Assembly: GCA_037444405.1 (NCBI GenBank)
Contig: JBBIML010000009.1
Span: 96,001 to 160,000 of the forward strand
Length of the DNA stretch: 64,000 nucleotides
From: Armatimonadota bacterium
GTDB taxonomy: Bacteria; Armatimonadota; Fimbriimonadia; Fimbriimonadales; GBS-DC
Reading direction: 5' to 3'
The stretch's first letter is position 1. The number at the start of each line of letters is the position of its first letter. Shown here one piece after another: positions 55,797-64,000 of this stretch. The notes beneath the pieces are model-generated. The model saw only the letters and a program-made list of their open reading frames with translations, had not been told where the DNA came from and searched no databases. Made by a program: the position numbers and the translations under genes.

Positions 55797-57572
55797 TTAT
55801 GGTTTCGGCAGTCCGAGCGCGGTGAGCCACTCGGTGAGCTTGTGGCGGCGCAGGGCGTTATCTGCGGGCAGCTGGAGCGGTCGCCCGCGCGCGTCGACGA
55901 TGATGCCCACCACGCCACCTTCCAGCACCACCTGTCGGGCGCGCCCTCTGCCCGCGCCGACATCGAAGCCCCGCGCCGGCTTCAGCACCGCCTCCAGCGT
56001 CTCGCCCACGCCCATCGGCAGCACGCGAATCTCGCCCACCTTGAAGGTCTCGCTCTTGCCGTTGTATTCGATGGTGAGGCACGGCTCGCCCTCCCTGCCC
56101 TGACCGACGGGCGCGACGCACGAACCCAGCCGAATGAGGCAGTCGCGGTCGAACACCTGCGCCGCCGCCTCCGGATGCACCGTCGACAGCACGCCCAGCT
56201 GCGGCATCATGAAGATGGAGTCGACCGCCAGCATCGTGACGCCTTCGGGCTGATAGGCGTCCATCATCATCAGCGCTGATTGTGCGCGGCGCGGGGCATG
56301 GCTCAGCACGCCGCCGCTGCCCACAATCATATCGAGGTGCATCATGTCCACCAGCGTCTGACCCGTTTCGGTCTGCTCCAGCGCCTCGCCAATCGTGCGC
56401 TGTTGCTGAACGCCTTTCAGCCCGCGAGCGAGCTGCTTGTGATGCAGGAACGCCAGGCGCAGCGCCTCCCGCGCCACCGCCTGCTCCAGCAGCAGGTCAT
56501 GATAGGTCTGCGGGATGGTGGTGGGGCGAATCATCTTGTTGCGCAGGCGGTTGCGAATCTCGTAGTCGTCCAGTTCGAAGGGCAGCCAGCGGCGGATGTT
56601 CGCCAGCCCCGCCTCCAGCATCACATTGCAGATGGAGTAGCTCATGCCGAGATTCGCGCTCACCGTGCGCGTGTAGTTGCCGTTGAACACCGAGAACACA
56701 TCGGTCGTCGCGCCGCCGATGTCCACGCCCAGAATGTTGATACCGCGCTGCTCGGCAATCGTCACCATAATCTTGCCGACGGCGTTCGGCGTGGACATAA
56801 TATCGGCGGAGGTCCAGCTCATCAGCTTGGAGTAGCCGGGCGCCTGCTGCATCACATGCTCCAGAAACAGCTCATGGATGGCTTCGCGGGCGGGACCGAG
56901 GTTCTCGCGGTCGAGCGTCGGGCGCAGGTTGTCCACGATGCGCAGGTCGAACCGCTCGCCGAGGATGCGCTGAATCTCGTCGCGGGCGTCCCTGTTGCCT
57001 GCGAAGATGACGGGCAGTTTCATGGTGCCGAAGCGCGGGCGCGGGTCGGCAGCAATCAGCAGTTCCGCCAGCTCCACCAGGTGCGTCACGGTGCCGCCGT
57101 CTGTGCCGCCCGACAGCAGCACAATATCGGGGCGCAACTCGCGCAGGCGCTGAATCTTCTGATAATCTTTGCGTCCGTCATCGATAGCAATGACATCCAT
57201 GATGATGGCGCCGGCGCCGAGTGCGGCACGCTGCGCGCTCTCGGCGGACATCTGGCGCACCACGCCCATCACCATCATCTGCAGCCCGCCACCCGCGCTG
57301 GAGGTCGACAGATAGAGATCAACGCCCTCCTTCTCGTTGCGCTGCGGGGTCAGGATCGTGCCGTTTTCGATGAGCTTGCGCCCCGTGAGATCTTCCACCT
57401 CGCGGGTGGCGTTCAGCACGCCAATCGTCACATCATCGAACGGCGCTTCGACGGTGGTGGGCGCCTCGCCGCGCGTCACCAGCCGGTACTCACCGTCCCG
57501 CCGCTCAATCAGTATCGCTTTGGTTGTCGTGCTGCCGCAGTCCGTCGCTAGAATCGAACGCACCTGTGTCAT
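55797..57572 (-). CDS. Glutamate mutase L (GlmL/MutL) family actin-like ATPase
   Basis: DCGSTTTKA, TSSAGGGL, SGGTDGG, DIGGATTDVFS, RTVSANLGMSYS. Confidence 0.88.
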   Translation of the reverse strand: MTQVRSILATDCGSTTTKAILIERRDGEYRLVTRGEAPTTVEAPFDDVTIGVLNATREVEDLTGRKLIENGTILTPQRNEKEGVDLYLSTSSAGGGLQMMVMGVVRQMSAESAQRAALGAGAIIMDVIAIDDGRKDYQKIQRLRELRPDIVLLSGGTDGGTVTHLVELAELLIAADPRPRFGTMKLPVIFAGNRDARDEIQRILGERFDLRIVDNLRPTLDRENLGPAREAIHELFLEHVMQQAPGYSKLMSWTSADIMSTPNAVGKIMVTIAEQRGINILGVDIGGATTDVFSVFNGNYTRTVSANLGMSYSICNVMLEAGLANIRRWLPFELDDYEIRNRLRNKMIRPTTIPQTYHDLLLEQAVAREALRLAFLHHKQLARGLKGVQQQRTIGEALEQTETGQTLVDMMHLDMIVGSGGVLSHAPRRAQSALMMMDAYQPEGVTMLAVDSIFMMPQLGVLSTVHPEAAAQVFDRDCLIRLGSCVAPVGQGREGEPCLTIEYNGKSETFKVGEIRVLPMGVGETLEAVLKPARGFDVGAGRGRARQVVLEGGVVGIIVDARGRPLQLPADNALRRHKLTEWLTALGLPKP

Positions 57573-57591
57573 CGCTGCTCTCCCGATTCTT

Positions 57592-58602
57592 CTATTGTAC
57601 CTCGCGCGGCTCGATAATCAGCACGGGCTTGAAGACGGCGCGGGTCTCGGCGGCGTGAAAGGCGTCGTCCGCCTCCTCGAAGGCGTACAGGTGGGTCAGC
57701 GGGCGCAGCTGCAGGGCGTTTGAGGCGACCAGGCGCAGGCTCTGCTCCCACGCATGGTTGCTGGAGCGCGAGCCGATAACGGTCAGCTCTTTGAGCGTGA
57801 TGGCGTACCAGTCCAGCGGCACGGGTTCGGGTCGATAGCCGAAGACCACGATACGCCCCGCTTTGCGCGCGATTCGGACGCAGGTATCGGGCGCGTCGGG
57901 TGAGCCAGCCGCGTCGAGGACCACCGTCGCTTCGGGCAGCGGCTCGCTGGTGGGGTCTATTGTTTCCGCCCCGCTCAGCTGATGGGCGACCTCCCGCCGC
58001 TGGGGTAGCGGGTCAAGCCCGAAAAGTTGCTGCACGCCCCACAGGCGGGCGAGCTGGAGGAACACCTGCCCGAAGAAGCCCAGCCCGACGACGGCAAGGC
58101 TCTCATCGGGGCGCGGGTTCGCCAGATTCATCGCCGCGACACAGGTCGCCACCGGCTCAACCAGCGCGAACCGCCAGCGCTCGTCGGGCGAGATCCCCTC
58201 AGGCAGGCGGTAGAGGTTGCGCAGGGGCACGCGCAGGTACTCCGCGAAGCCGCCATCGACGCTGATGCCGATATGCTCCAGCCGCTCGCACAGGTTCAGC
58301 CGACCCCGACGGCAGAAGAAGCAGCCGCCGCACACAATCTGGGGATCGACCACCGCCCATTCGCCCGCGCGATGGGCAGGCTGGACAATCTCGCCGACAA
58401 TCTCGTGCCCCAATGTGAGCGCGTCGCCGCGCCAGTCGTGATGCCCGCGCTGTTTGAGATGGAGGTCAGTGCCGCACATGCCACAGGCATGCACGCGCAA
58501 CAGAGCTTCGCCCTCATCTGGCACGGGCAATTTGATCACCTGCATGCGCATCGTGCCGGGCGCAACGAGCCGATAGGCGCGCATGGTCGCTTCGCGCTTC
58601 AT
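57592..58602 (-). CDS. Zinc-dependent alcohol/sugar dehydrogenase (MDR family)
   Basis: CGMCGTD, GHE, CGGCFFC..G...C, DGGFAEY, VEP, GLGFFG. Confidence 0.92.
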   Translation of the reverse strand: MKREATMRAYRLVAPGTMRMQVIKLPVPDEGEALLRVHACGMCGTDLHLKQRGHHDWRGDALTLGHEIVGEIVQPAHRAGEWAVVDPQIVCGGCFFCRRGRLNLCERLEHIGISVDGGFAEYLRVPLRNLYRLPEGISPDERWRFALVEPVATCVAAMNLANPRPDESLAVVGLGFFGQVFLQLARLWGVQQLFGLDPLPQRREVAHQLSGAETIDPTSEPLPEATVVLDAAGSPDAPDTCVRIARKAGRIVVFGYRPEPVPLDWYAITLKELTVIGSRSSNHAWEQSLRLVASNALQLRPLTHLYAFEEADDAFHAAETRAVFKPVLIIEPREVQ

Positions 58603-60482
58603 GGCAGGGCGAACCGAAGCACCTCCTCCCGTGTCAGCGGCTGATCCAATCCCGATGGATAGACCTCGAAAACGAACCTGCAGCCGCCAGCTGTGGGAAT
58701 CTTGACCCCGTTCACCACAGGCTCCTTGAAAAAGTAGATGGCGGACGCGAAGCCGCTCCGCTCCTGCTTAAGCGTCCGAACCGCGAGGGGTAGAGCGGTC
58801 GGCTCCAGCTGGAAGGCGACCGATTGCGGTTCACCAGTGAACCCTGTCCTGGAGGCGATGAAACCCATCTGGGCAGGAGTAAGCAGGGACTGCTCCAGAC
58901 GCCGATACCGCTGGAGCGTGGCTCTTTGGGCAGGGGTCAGCGAGGCATAGAAGCGCAGCAGCTGGCGGATTGACCGACTTTTCAGCTCTGTTAGCGAATC
59001 GCCGAGCGCGTCGGTGAACAAGTGCTCGAAGTAGCCATACAGGTCTGTTATATCTACGCGATTAAGACGGGCGGCGAAAGTGGTGCGCCAGCACTCGCGC
59101 AACTGATCCAGACCGCGTATCTGCAGCGAGTTGAGCTCCATCGCCAGCTTCGACGCCGCCGAAAGGGAGAGAAGATAAGGGGTGTTCAACAGATTAAGAG
59201 TTGCCTCGTTCACATCCATCGCGCGTACGAAGGCAGGGCGTGCAAAGCGCAGCAATCGCCACGAGCCATCTATTTCCACCTTATAAATCTGCTCAGCAAC
59301 ATTAAGCAGCGCTTCCCACGAAGAGAGACTATTACTAGAGGCAAACAGTCCAAACCATGGCGCGTTCCATTCCGCGACCAGGTTCAAATCGCTCACTTCG
59401 GCGTATCGAACCAGCAGTTCGGCGGGTAAATGCACCCAGTGAGCCAGTCGCTCAAAATCGGGCGGTTGGAGAGGCGCCTTCGGGCGCTTCAACAGGGCAG
59501 GATTGAATGTACGAACCGCATGAGCGCGCATGAACTGCTCCACAAGGCTTTGCGGATTAAGCGGATCGATCGGTGGACCACCCATAGCAAGCTCGATGCG
59601 ACCTGTCTCCTGCCCGTCTCGCTGTTGAATCGCCTTGACGTGCAGAGTTAGCTGGTCTCCCACCTGGAGCATGAGATGCTGTTCACTAATCTCGAGCCCT
59701 GCACTCTGATACAGCTCCTTTTCTCTGGCGATGAGGTGCTGATAGCCGTCTGGCAGATAGGACAGCGGGAGTTCGAGGGAGCGTTTCTGGCGCAGGGTCT
59801 GCCACTGCTCGCTATCAAGCGCACGCAGAACATGCAGAAGCTCATAGTTGCGCACAATCTGCTGGGCTACATCGATCAGGGTGGACTGATAAAGCGCCCG
59901 CAGGTTGCCCGTTTGTGGGGGTGTGGTCGGCTTCAGCAACGCCTTTAAGCGCGGGTCTGCGGCGCTATCGGGATTCTGAATTATTCGCTGATGCGCCTCG
60001 CGTGAGAGTGTAAACGCCGCGGGCGGAACCAAGGCAAGCGCTTCCTGAATCAGGTCAACTGGTTCCTTCTCTTCCAGCAGACGAACAAAGCGGGTCAACT
60101 GCTCCCGTTCGGTGCGCGCTCTGGCAGGCTCCGCTAAGAGATAGTACATTCTGCCATCCTGCCGCTTGCCCCGCGTCCATTCAAAGCCGAGCGTGGTTGC
60201 CAGATGGCTGAGCAGCTCATGAAGCGGCTGTTCGCGCACGAAAAGGCATACGCGGAACTGCCCGGCGGTCGTGCCTGCGCGAAGATCAAGCCCTGTTTCC
60301 CGCGAAAGCTGGCGCATAAGCGATTGCAGCGTGATTGCGGGTTCACGCAGGCTCACTTTTTGAAGCAGTCGCGGCTCGCGGTCGGGATCCAGCGCATTCT
60401 GCCCCGATGTCTGTCCAATAAGCGCCGCACAGATGAGCGATAGCCCCATTATCCAGACGGTGCGCCCCGCTTTCCCTGCCAT
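58599..60482 (-). CDS. Secreted hypothetical protein with N-terminal STN/secretin-N-like domain
   Basis: Signal peptide; RLLQKVSL...LMRQLSRETG...QPLHELLSHLA..LGFEW. Confidence 0.7.
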   Translation of the reverse strand: MAGKAGRTVWIMGLSLICAALIGQTSGQNALDPDREPRLLQKVSLREPAITLQSLMRQLSRETGLDLRAGTTAGQFRVCLFVREQPLHELLSHLATTLGFEWTRGKRQDGRMYYLLAEPARARTEREQLTRFVRLLEEKEPVDLIQEALALVPPAAFTLSREAHQRIIQNPDSAADPRLKALLKPTTPPQTGNLRALYQSTLIDVAQQIVRNYELLHVLRALDSEQWQTLRQKRSLELPLSYLPDGYQHLIAREKELYQSAGLEISEQHLMLQVGDQLTLHVKAIQQRDGQETGRIELAMGGPPIDPLNPQSLVEQFMRAHAVRTFNPALLKRPKAPLQPPDFERLAHWVHLPAELLVRYAEVSDLNLVAEWNAPWFGLFASSNSLSSWEALLNVAEQIYKVEIDGSWRLLRFARPAFVRAMDVNEATLNLLNTPYLLSLSAASKLAMELNSLQIRGLDQLRECWRTTFAARLNRVDITDLYGYFEHLFTDALGDSLTELKSRSIRQLLRFYASLTPAQRATLQRYRRLEQSLLTPAQMGFIASRTGFTGEPQSVAFQLEPTALPLAVRTLKQERSGFASAIYFFKEPVVNGVKIPTAGGCRFVFEVYPSGLDQPLTREEVLRFALP

Positions 60483-60596
60483 GACGCTCCACCTGCCCGA
60501 TTATACCCCGTTCCGCTGTCATCATCCCCGACAGCAGCGCCCTTACCCAACCAGCCCGATTAGCGGGCTGGCGTCAGCAGCGACGGTCAGCGGTCT

Positions 60597-62159
60597 TTAT
60601 TTATCATTTATCGCCGGATTACCCGACAACATATCGCTCAAGGGAGTGGTTCGTGCGCGGGATCGCTCGCCGTTGCTGGCGGGGCGGGCGCGGAGCTGTG
60701 CCCATGTGCGCAGCTCGTCGATCTCCTCGCGCATCATCACCGACAGTGGGATGGTGGCGCGAATCTCGCTCAGTAAATCGTCCATCGTGAGGTCGCGCCC
60801 CGCATCGAAGGCGGTGAACAGCGCGCCGATAATCACCTGCTCGATTTCCGCGCCTGAAAAGCCTTCGGTCGCCTTCGCCAGCTTCTTGAGATTGAACCGG
60901 GCAGGGTCGCGATTCCGCTTGCGCAGGTGGATCGCGAAAATCTGCTCGCGCTCCGACGGCGTGGGCAAATCTAAAAAGAAAATCTCATCAAAGCGCCCTT
61001 TACGCAGCAGTTCAGGTGGCAACAGGGCGACATCGTTGGCGGTGGCGACCACGAACACGGGCGCCTTCTTCTCCTGCAGCCAGGTGAGGAAGGTGGCGAA
61101 CACGCGCGCGGTGGTGCCCGCGTCCGACATGCCGGAACTCTGCACGCCCGAAAAGCCCTTTTCCAGCTCGTCGATCCAGAGGATGCAGGGCGCGACGGCT
61201 TCGGCAGTGCGGATGGCGAGCCGGATGTTGGCTTCCGATGCGCCCACGAGGCTGCCGAACACGCGCCCGACATCGAGGCGGAGCATGGGCAGCCCCCAGA
61301 GGTTGGCGATGGCTTTGGCGGTGAGGCTCTTGCCACAGCCCTGCACGCCGAGCAGCAGCACGCCTTTGGGCGTGGGCAGTCCGAACGCGCGTGCCTGCTC
61401 CGAGAATGCCGCCCGCCGCTTGCGCAGCCACTCCTTGAGAACATTCAGCCCGCCGACATCCTCCATGCGCTCCTGCGCCGCATAATACTCCAGCACGCCC
61501 GACTTCCGCACTATCTGCTGCTTCTCGGTCAGAATCACCTCTGCTTTAAGCTGGCGGTGTTCAATAACGGAGCGGGCGCACACATTTTCGATCTCCTCCA
61601 TCGTCAGCCCCTGCGCCGCCTGCACCAGCTCTTCGAACTCGTCGGGTGGCACATCGGTGGCGACGCCCGGCTTATCGCGCAGCATGAGCAAAATCTCGCG
61701 CAACTTGTGGGCAATCTCCTCGCGCGTGGGCAACGGCATCTCCAGCACGGTGAGCTCTTTTTCCAGTTCAGGGGGCAGTTTCAGAAGGGGACTCAGCAGG
61801 ATCAGCGTGCGCCCCGATGAGTGCAATCGCGGCACCAGATCACGCAGCAGCCGAATCACGCGCGAATCGTTCAGATAGGGATGGAAATCTTTGAGCAGCA
61901 GGATGGCATTTTCGGTGGGGCGGAACAGCTGAAGCAACGCTTCGATATCGGGCGAGACGCGCTCGTGTCGTTCGCCTTCTGCGGGCAGGGGCGGCTCGTA
62001 GCCGCGCGTGAGCGTCCACACATGCAGGCGCTTCTGCACGCGGTGCGCCACCAATCGCACCAGCTCTTCGGCGCGGCGCTCCTCCGCTGTGAGCAGGTAA
62101 ATCAGCGGGTAGCGGGCCCGAATCAGCACCTCCAGCTCGCGCTCGAAAGCGGTTTCCAT
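60597..62159 (-). CDS. Ycf46-family AAA+ ATPase
   Basis: LIRARYPLIY...EE.R, LKDFH, EKQQIVRKSG.LEY, GVQGCGKS, WIDELEK, RKGRFDE. Confidence 0.92.
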   Translation of the reverse strand: METAFERELEVLIRARYPLIYLLTAEERRAEELVRLVAHRVQKRLHVWTLTRGYEPPLPAEGERHERVSPDIEALLQLFRPTENAILLLKDFHPYLNDSRVIRLLRDLVPRLHSSGRTLILLSPLLKLPPELEKELTVLEMPLPTREEIAHKLREILLMLRDKPGVATDVPPDEFEELVQAAQGLTMEEIENVCARSVIEHRQLKAEVILTEKQQIVRKSGVLEYYAAQERMEDVGGLNVLKEWLRKRRAAFSEQARAFGLPTPKGVLLLGVQGCGKSLTAKAIANLWGLPMLRLDVGRVFGSLVGASEANIRLAIRTAEAVAPCILWIDELEKGFSGVQSSGMSDAGTTARVFATFLTWLQEKKAPVFVVATANDVALLPPELLRKGRFDEIFFLDLPTPSEREQIFAIHLRKRNRDPARFNLKKLAKATEGFSGAEIEQVIIGALFTAFDAGRDLTMDDLLSEIRATIPLSVMMREEIDELRTWAQLRARPASNGERSRARTTPLSDMLSGNPAINDK

Positions 62160-62235
62160 CCGTCTGCAGGAGATTGTACCTGAAGGGCGAACTGAACTTT
62201 TGGGATAGGGAGAGCTGACTCCTGTTGAGAAACCG

Positions 62236-63102
62236 ATGCAGGATGACCGCTGGCTAAGTGTAGAGGTGCTGGCGCCGCCCGATTTGTGGGAGGCGGTGGC
62301 GGCGGTGCTGATGGAACACGGCTGTACAGGGCTGATTCGCGCAGAGGCGCCCCCGCGCGTGGTGGGCTACCTGCCCGAATCGCAGGTGGAGCAGCTGATG
62401 CCAATCCAGGAACGGCTCCATCAGTTCCCGCAGTTCGGGTTGCCGCCCGTGATTGCGGTGCAGATTGCGCCCGTACAGGCGCGCGACTGGCAGACTGCCT
62501 GGCGACGCTATTTCCGCAGCCGACGCTACGGGCAACGCCTGCGCGTGCAACCCTCATGGAGCCAGCGCCAGCCGCAACCCGACGAAATCACTATCATTTT
62601 AGACCCCGGCATGGCGTTCGGCACGGGCAATCATCCGACCACCGCGCTCTGCCTGGAACTGCTGGACAGATATGTTCAGGCGGGTTCGCGCGTGGCGGAC
62701 ATCGGCACGGGCACGGGGATACTAGCTATCGCGGCGGCGAAGCTCGGCGCACAGGAAGTGGTCGCCGTCGATAACGACCCGCTAACCGTGCTGGTGGCGC
62801 GCGGCAATATCGAGCGCAACGGCGTCGCGAATCGCGTGCAGGTGCTGGAGGGTGATGGCTGGAGCGTTCTGCAGGGACAGTTCGACCTGATTGTCTGCAA
62901 TATCCTGAGCGAGTTCCTGATTCAGACCGCGCCGCTCGTGCCGCGCTATTTGCGGGAGGGCGGGCTTTATATTGTGTCGGGTTTCATCGGGCGCAACGGA
63001 CGCAGGGTGCGACGGGCGCTCGAGAAGGCGGGCTTGAGGCTGGAGGAGGTGCGTAAACGGCGCTCATGGGTCGCCGCCGTGTTTCGTCGCCCGAAGGGCT
63101 GA
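62236..63102 (+). CDS. prmA: Ribosomal protein L11 methyltransferase
   Basis: DWQTAWRRYF, LDPGMAFGTGNHPTT, DIGTGTGILAI, CNIL. Confidence 0.95.
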   Translation: MQDDRWLSVEVLAPPDLWEAVAAVLMEHGCTGLIRAEAPPRVVGYLPESQVEQLMPIQERLHQFPQFGLPPVIAVQIAPVQARDWQTAWRRYFRSRRYGQRLRVQPSWSQRQPQPDEITIILDPGMAFGTGNHPTTALCLELLDRYVQAGSRVADIGTGTGILAIAAAKLGAQEVVAVDNDPLTVLVARGNIERNGVANRVQVLEGDGWSVLQGQFDLIVCNILSEFLIQTAPLVPRYLREGGLYIVSGFIGRNGRRVRRALEKAGLRLEEVRKRRSWVAAVFRRPKG

Positions 63103-63857
63103 GCGCGCGGGGGCTACCCCGCTTCTTTGTGCCGCCTGAAACGCTGGAGGACGGCATATTGCCGCCCGATGTTGCCCATCAGGTGCGCCATGTGCTGCGC
63201 CTGCGCGAGGGCGACGCCATCTGCCTGCTGGACAACACGGGCTGGGCGTACCATGTGCGACTGCAAGCGTCAGCCCATCAGTTGCGATTCACCGTCGTGG
63301 GGCGTGAGCCACTGGCAACCGAGCTGCCGATAGCGGTGCATATTTTGCAGGCGATGGTGCGCGCGGAGAAGGCGGAGCAGGTGGTGCGCCTCTGCACGGC
63401 GGGCGGAGTGACCCGGATTCTGTTCGCGCCTGCCGAGCGCTCGCTGGTCACGCTCGATGCGGACAAGCGGGCGACACGGGAGCGACGCTGGCAGTCAATC
63501 GCCCGCGAGGAGGCAGAGGTCGCCTGTCGCGCCCGCTACCCTGCCGTCCAGATTCTGGGCGACTGGTTCTCGGCGATGGAGCGCCTGCCGCATCCGCGCC
63601 TGCTGCTGGACGAACATGAGGGGGTTCCGCTGTTGAGTTCGGTTTTGAGAAATTTGGTGGTGCCCTCATCCCAACAGAGGGTGAGGGCGCTCACGCTCAT
63701 CATCGGTCCAGAGGGCGGTTTCACCCCCCGCGAGCGGGAGCAGATGGTCTCCGAATATGCCTGTATCCCCGTTTCACTGGGGAATCGTGTCCTGCGCACC
63801 GAGATTGCGGCTTTCTACGCGCTCGCCCAGACCGCTCTCCTACTGGAGAACCGCTGA
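63066..63857 (+). CDS. rsmE: 16S rRNA (uracil-1498-N3) methyltransferase (exact start uncertain)
   Basis: PRFFV, H.RHVLRL, IGPEGGF, LGNRVLRTEIA. Confidence 0.93.
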   Translation: MGRRRVSSPEGLSARGLPRFFVPPETLEDGILPPDVAHQVRHVLRLREGDAICLLDNTGWAYHVRLQASAHQLRFTVVGREPLATELPIAVHILQAMVRAEKAEQVVRLCTAGGVTRILFAPAERSLVTLDADKRATRERRWQSIAREEAEVACRARYPAVQILGDWFSAMERLPHPRLLLDEHEGVPLLSSVLRNLVVPSSQQRVRALTLIIGPEGGFTPREREQMVSEYACIPVSLGNRVLRTEIAAFYALAQTALLLENR

Positions 63858-63878
63858 ATCAAGGTACAATTCGAAGCG

Positions 63879-64000
63879 ATGGCGACCTTTCGGTATGTGG
63901 CGCGCGACCCGAACGGTCAGGAGGTGCGCGGCACGGTGCAGGCGTCTTCGCGACTGGAGGCGAGCGACCAGATTCGCGCGAAGGGCTACTGGCTGCTGGA
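63879..64000 (+). CDS. Type II secretion/type IV pilus platform protein (GspF/PilC family), 3'-truncated
   Basis: MATFRYVARDPNGQEVRGTVQASSRLEASDQIRAKGYW is a typical PilC N-terminus; GG-TACAAT 8 nt upstream. Confidence 0.75.
   Translation, partial: MATFRYVARDPNGQEVRGTVQASSRLEASDQIRAKGYWLL

Noticed and set aside
60551..60571. CCAGCCCG/CGGGCTGG hairpin as ncRNA
   Set aside because: A single short stem downstream of the ycf46-like stop; most simply a terminator or isolated repeat.
53245..62159. Photosynthesis link from YCF48-like and Ycf46-like annotations
   Set aside because: Both families are widespread in non-phototrophs and no photosystem or pigment genes are present.

Overview
High-GC, gene-dense bacterial chromosomal window. 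The gene content suggests Armatimonadota (Fimbriimonadales-like); this is inferred from DUF1559/H-X9-DG prepilins, kdsB, TamB and the characteristic secreted proteins. It is mostly housekeeping genes: apbE, hsp20, nuoN, ffh, yitJ-like, pyrB, kdsB, hisS, nusB, accC, lipA, ftsY, pntAB, queD, purH, xylA, prmA, rsmE and a pilC-like gene. Interspersed are seven unrelated secreted proteins that end in the same ~54-aa double EF-hand, dockerin-like tag with a terminal Cys, plus one protein with a half-tag at its N-terminus. Intergenic DNA shows three recurrent promoter signatures: sigmaA-like GG-TANNNT (often leaderless), SigH-like GCAGGA-N17-GAAH upstream of sugar-related genes, and ECF-like GGAAC-N17-CGTW upstream of two tagged-protein loci and hsp20. 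REP-like palindromes occur both between genes and in-frame inside genes. Two genes carry single-base frameshifts. GGCC and ACGT look strongly depleted. No rRNA, tRNA, CRISPR array or transposase was recognised. All calls were made by eye and not confirmed by database search.
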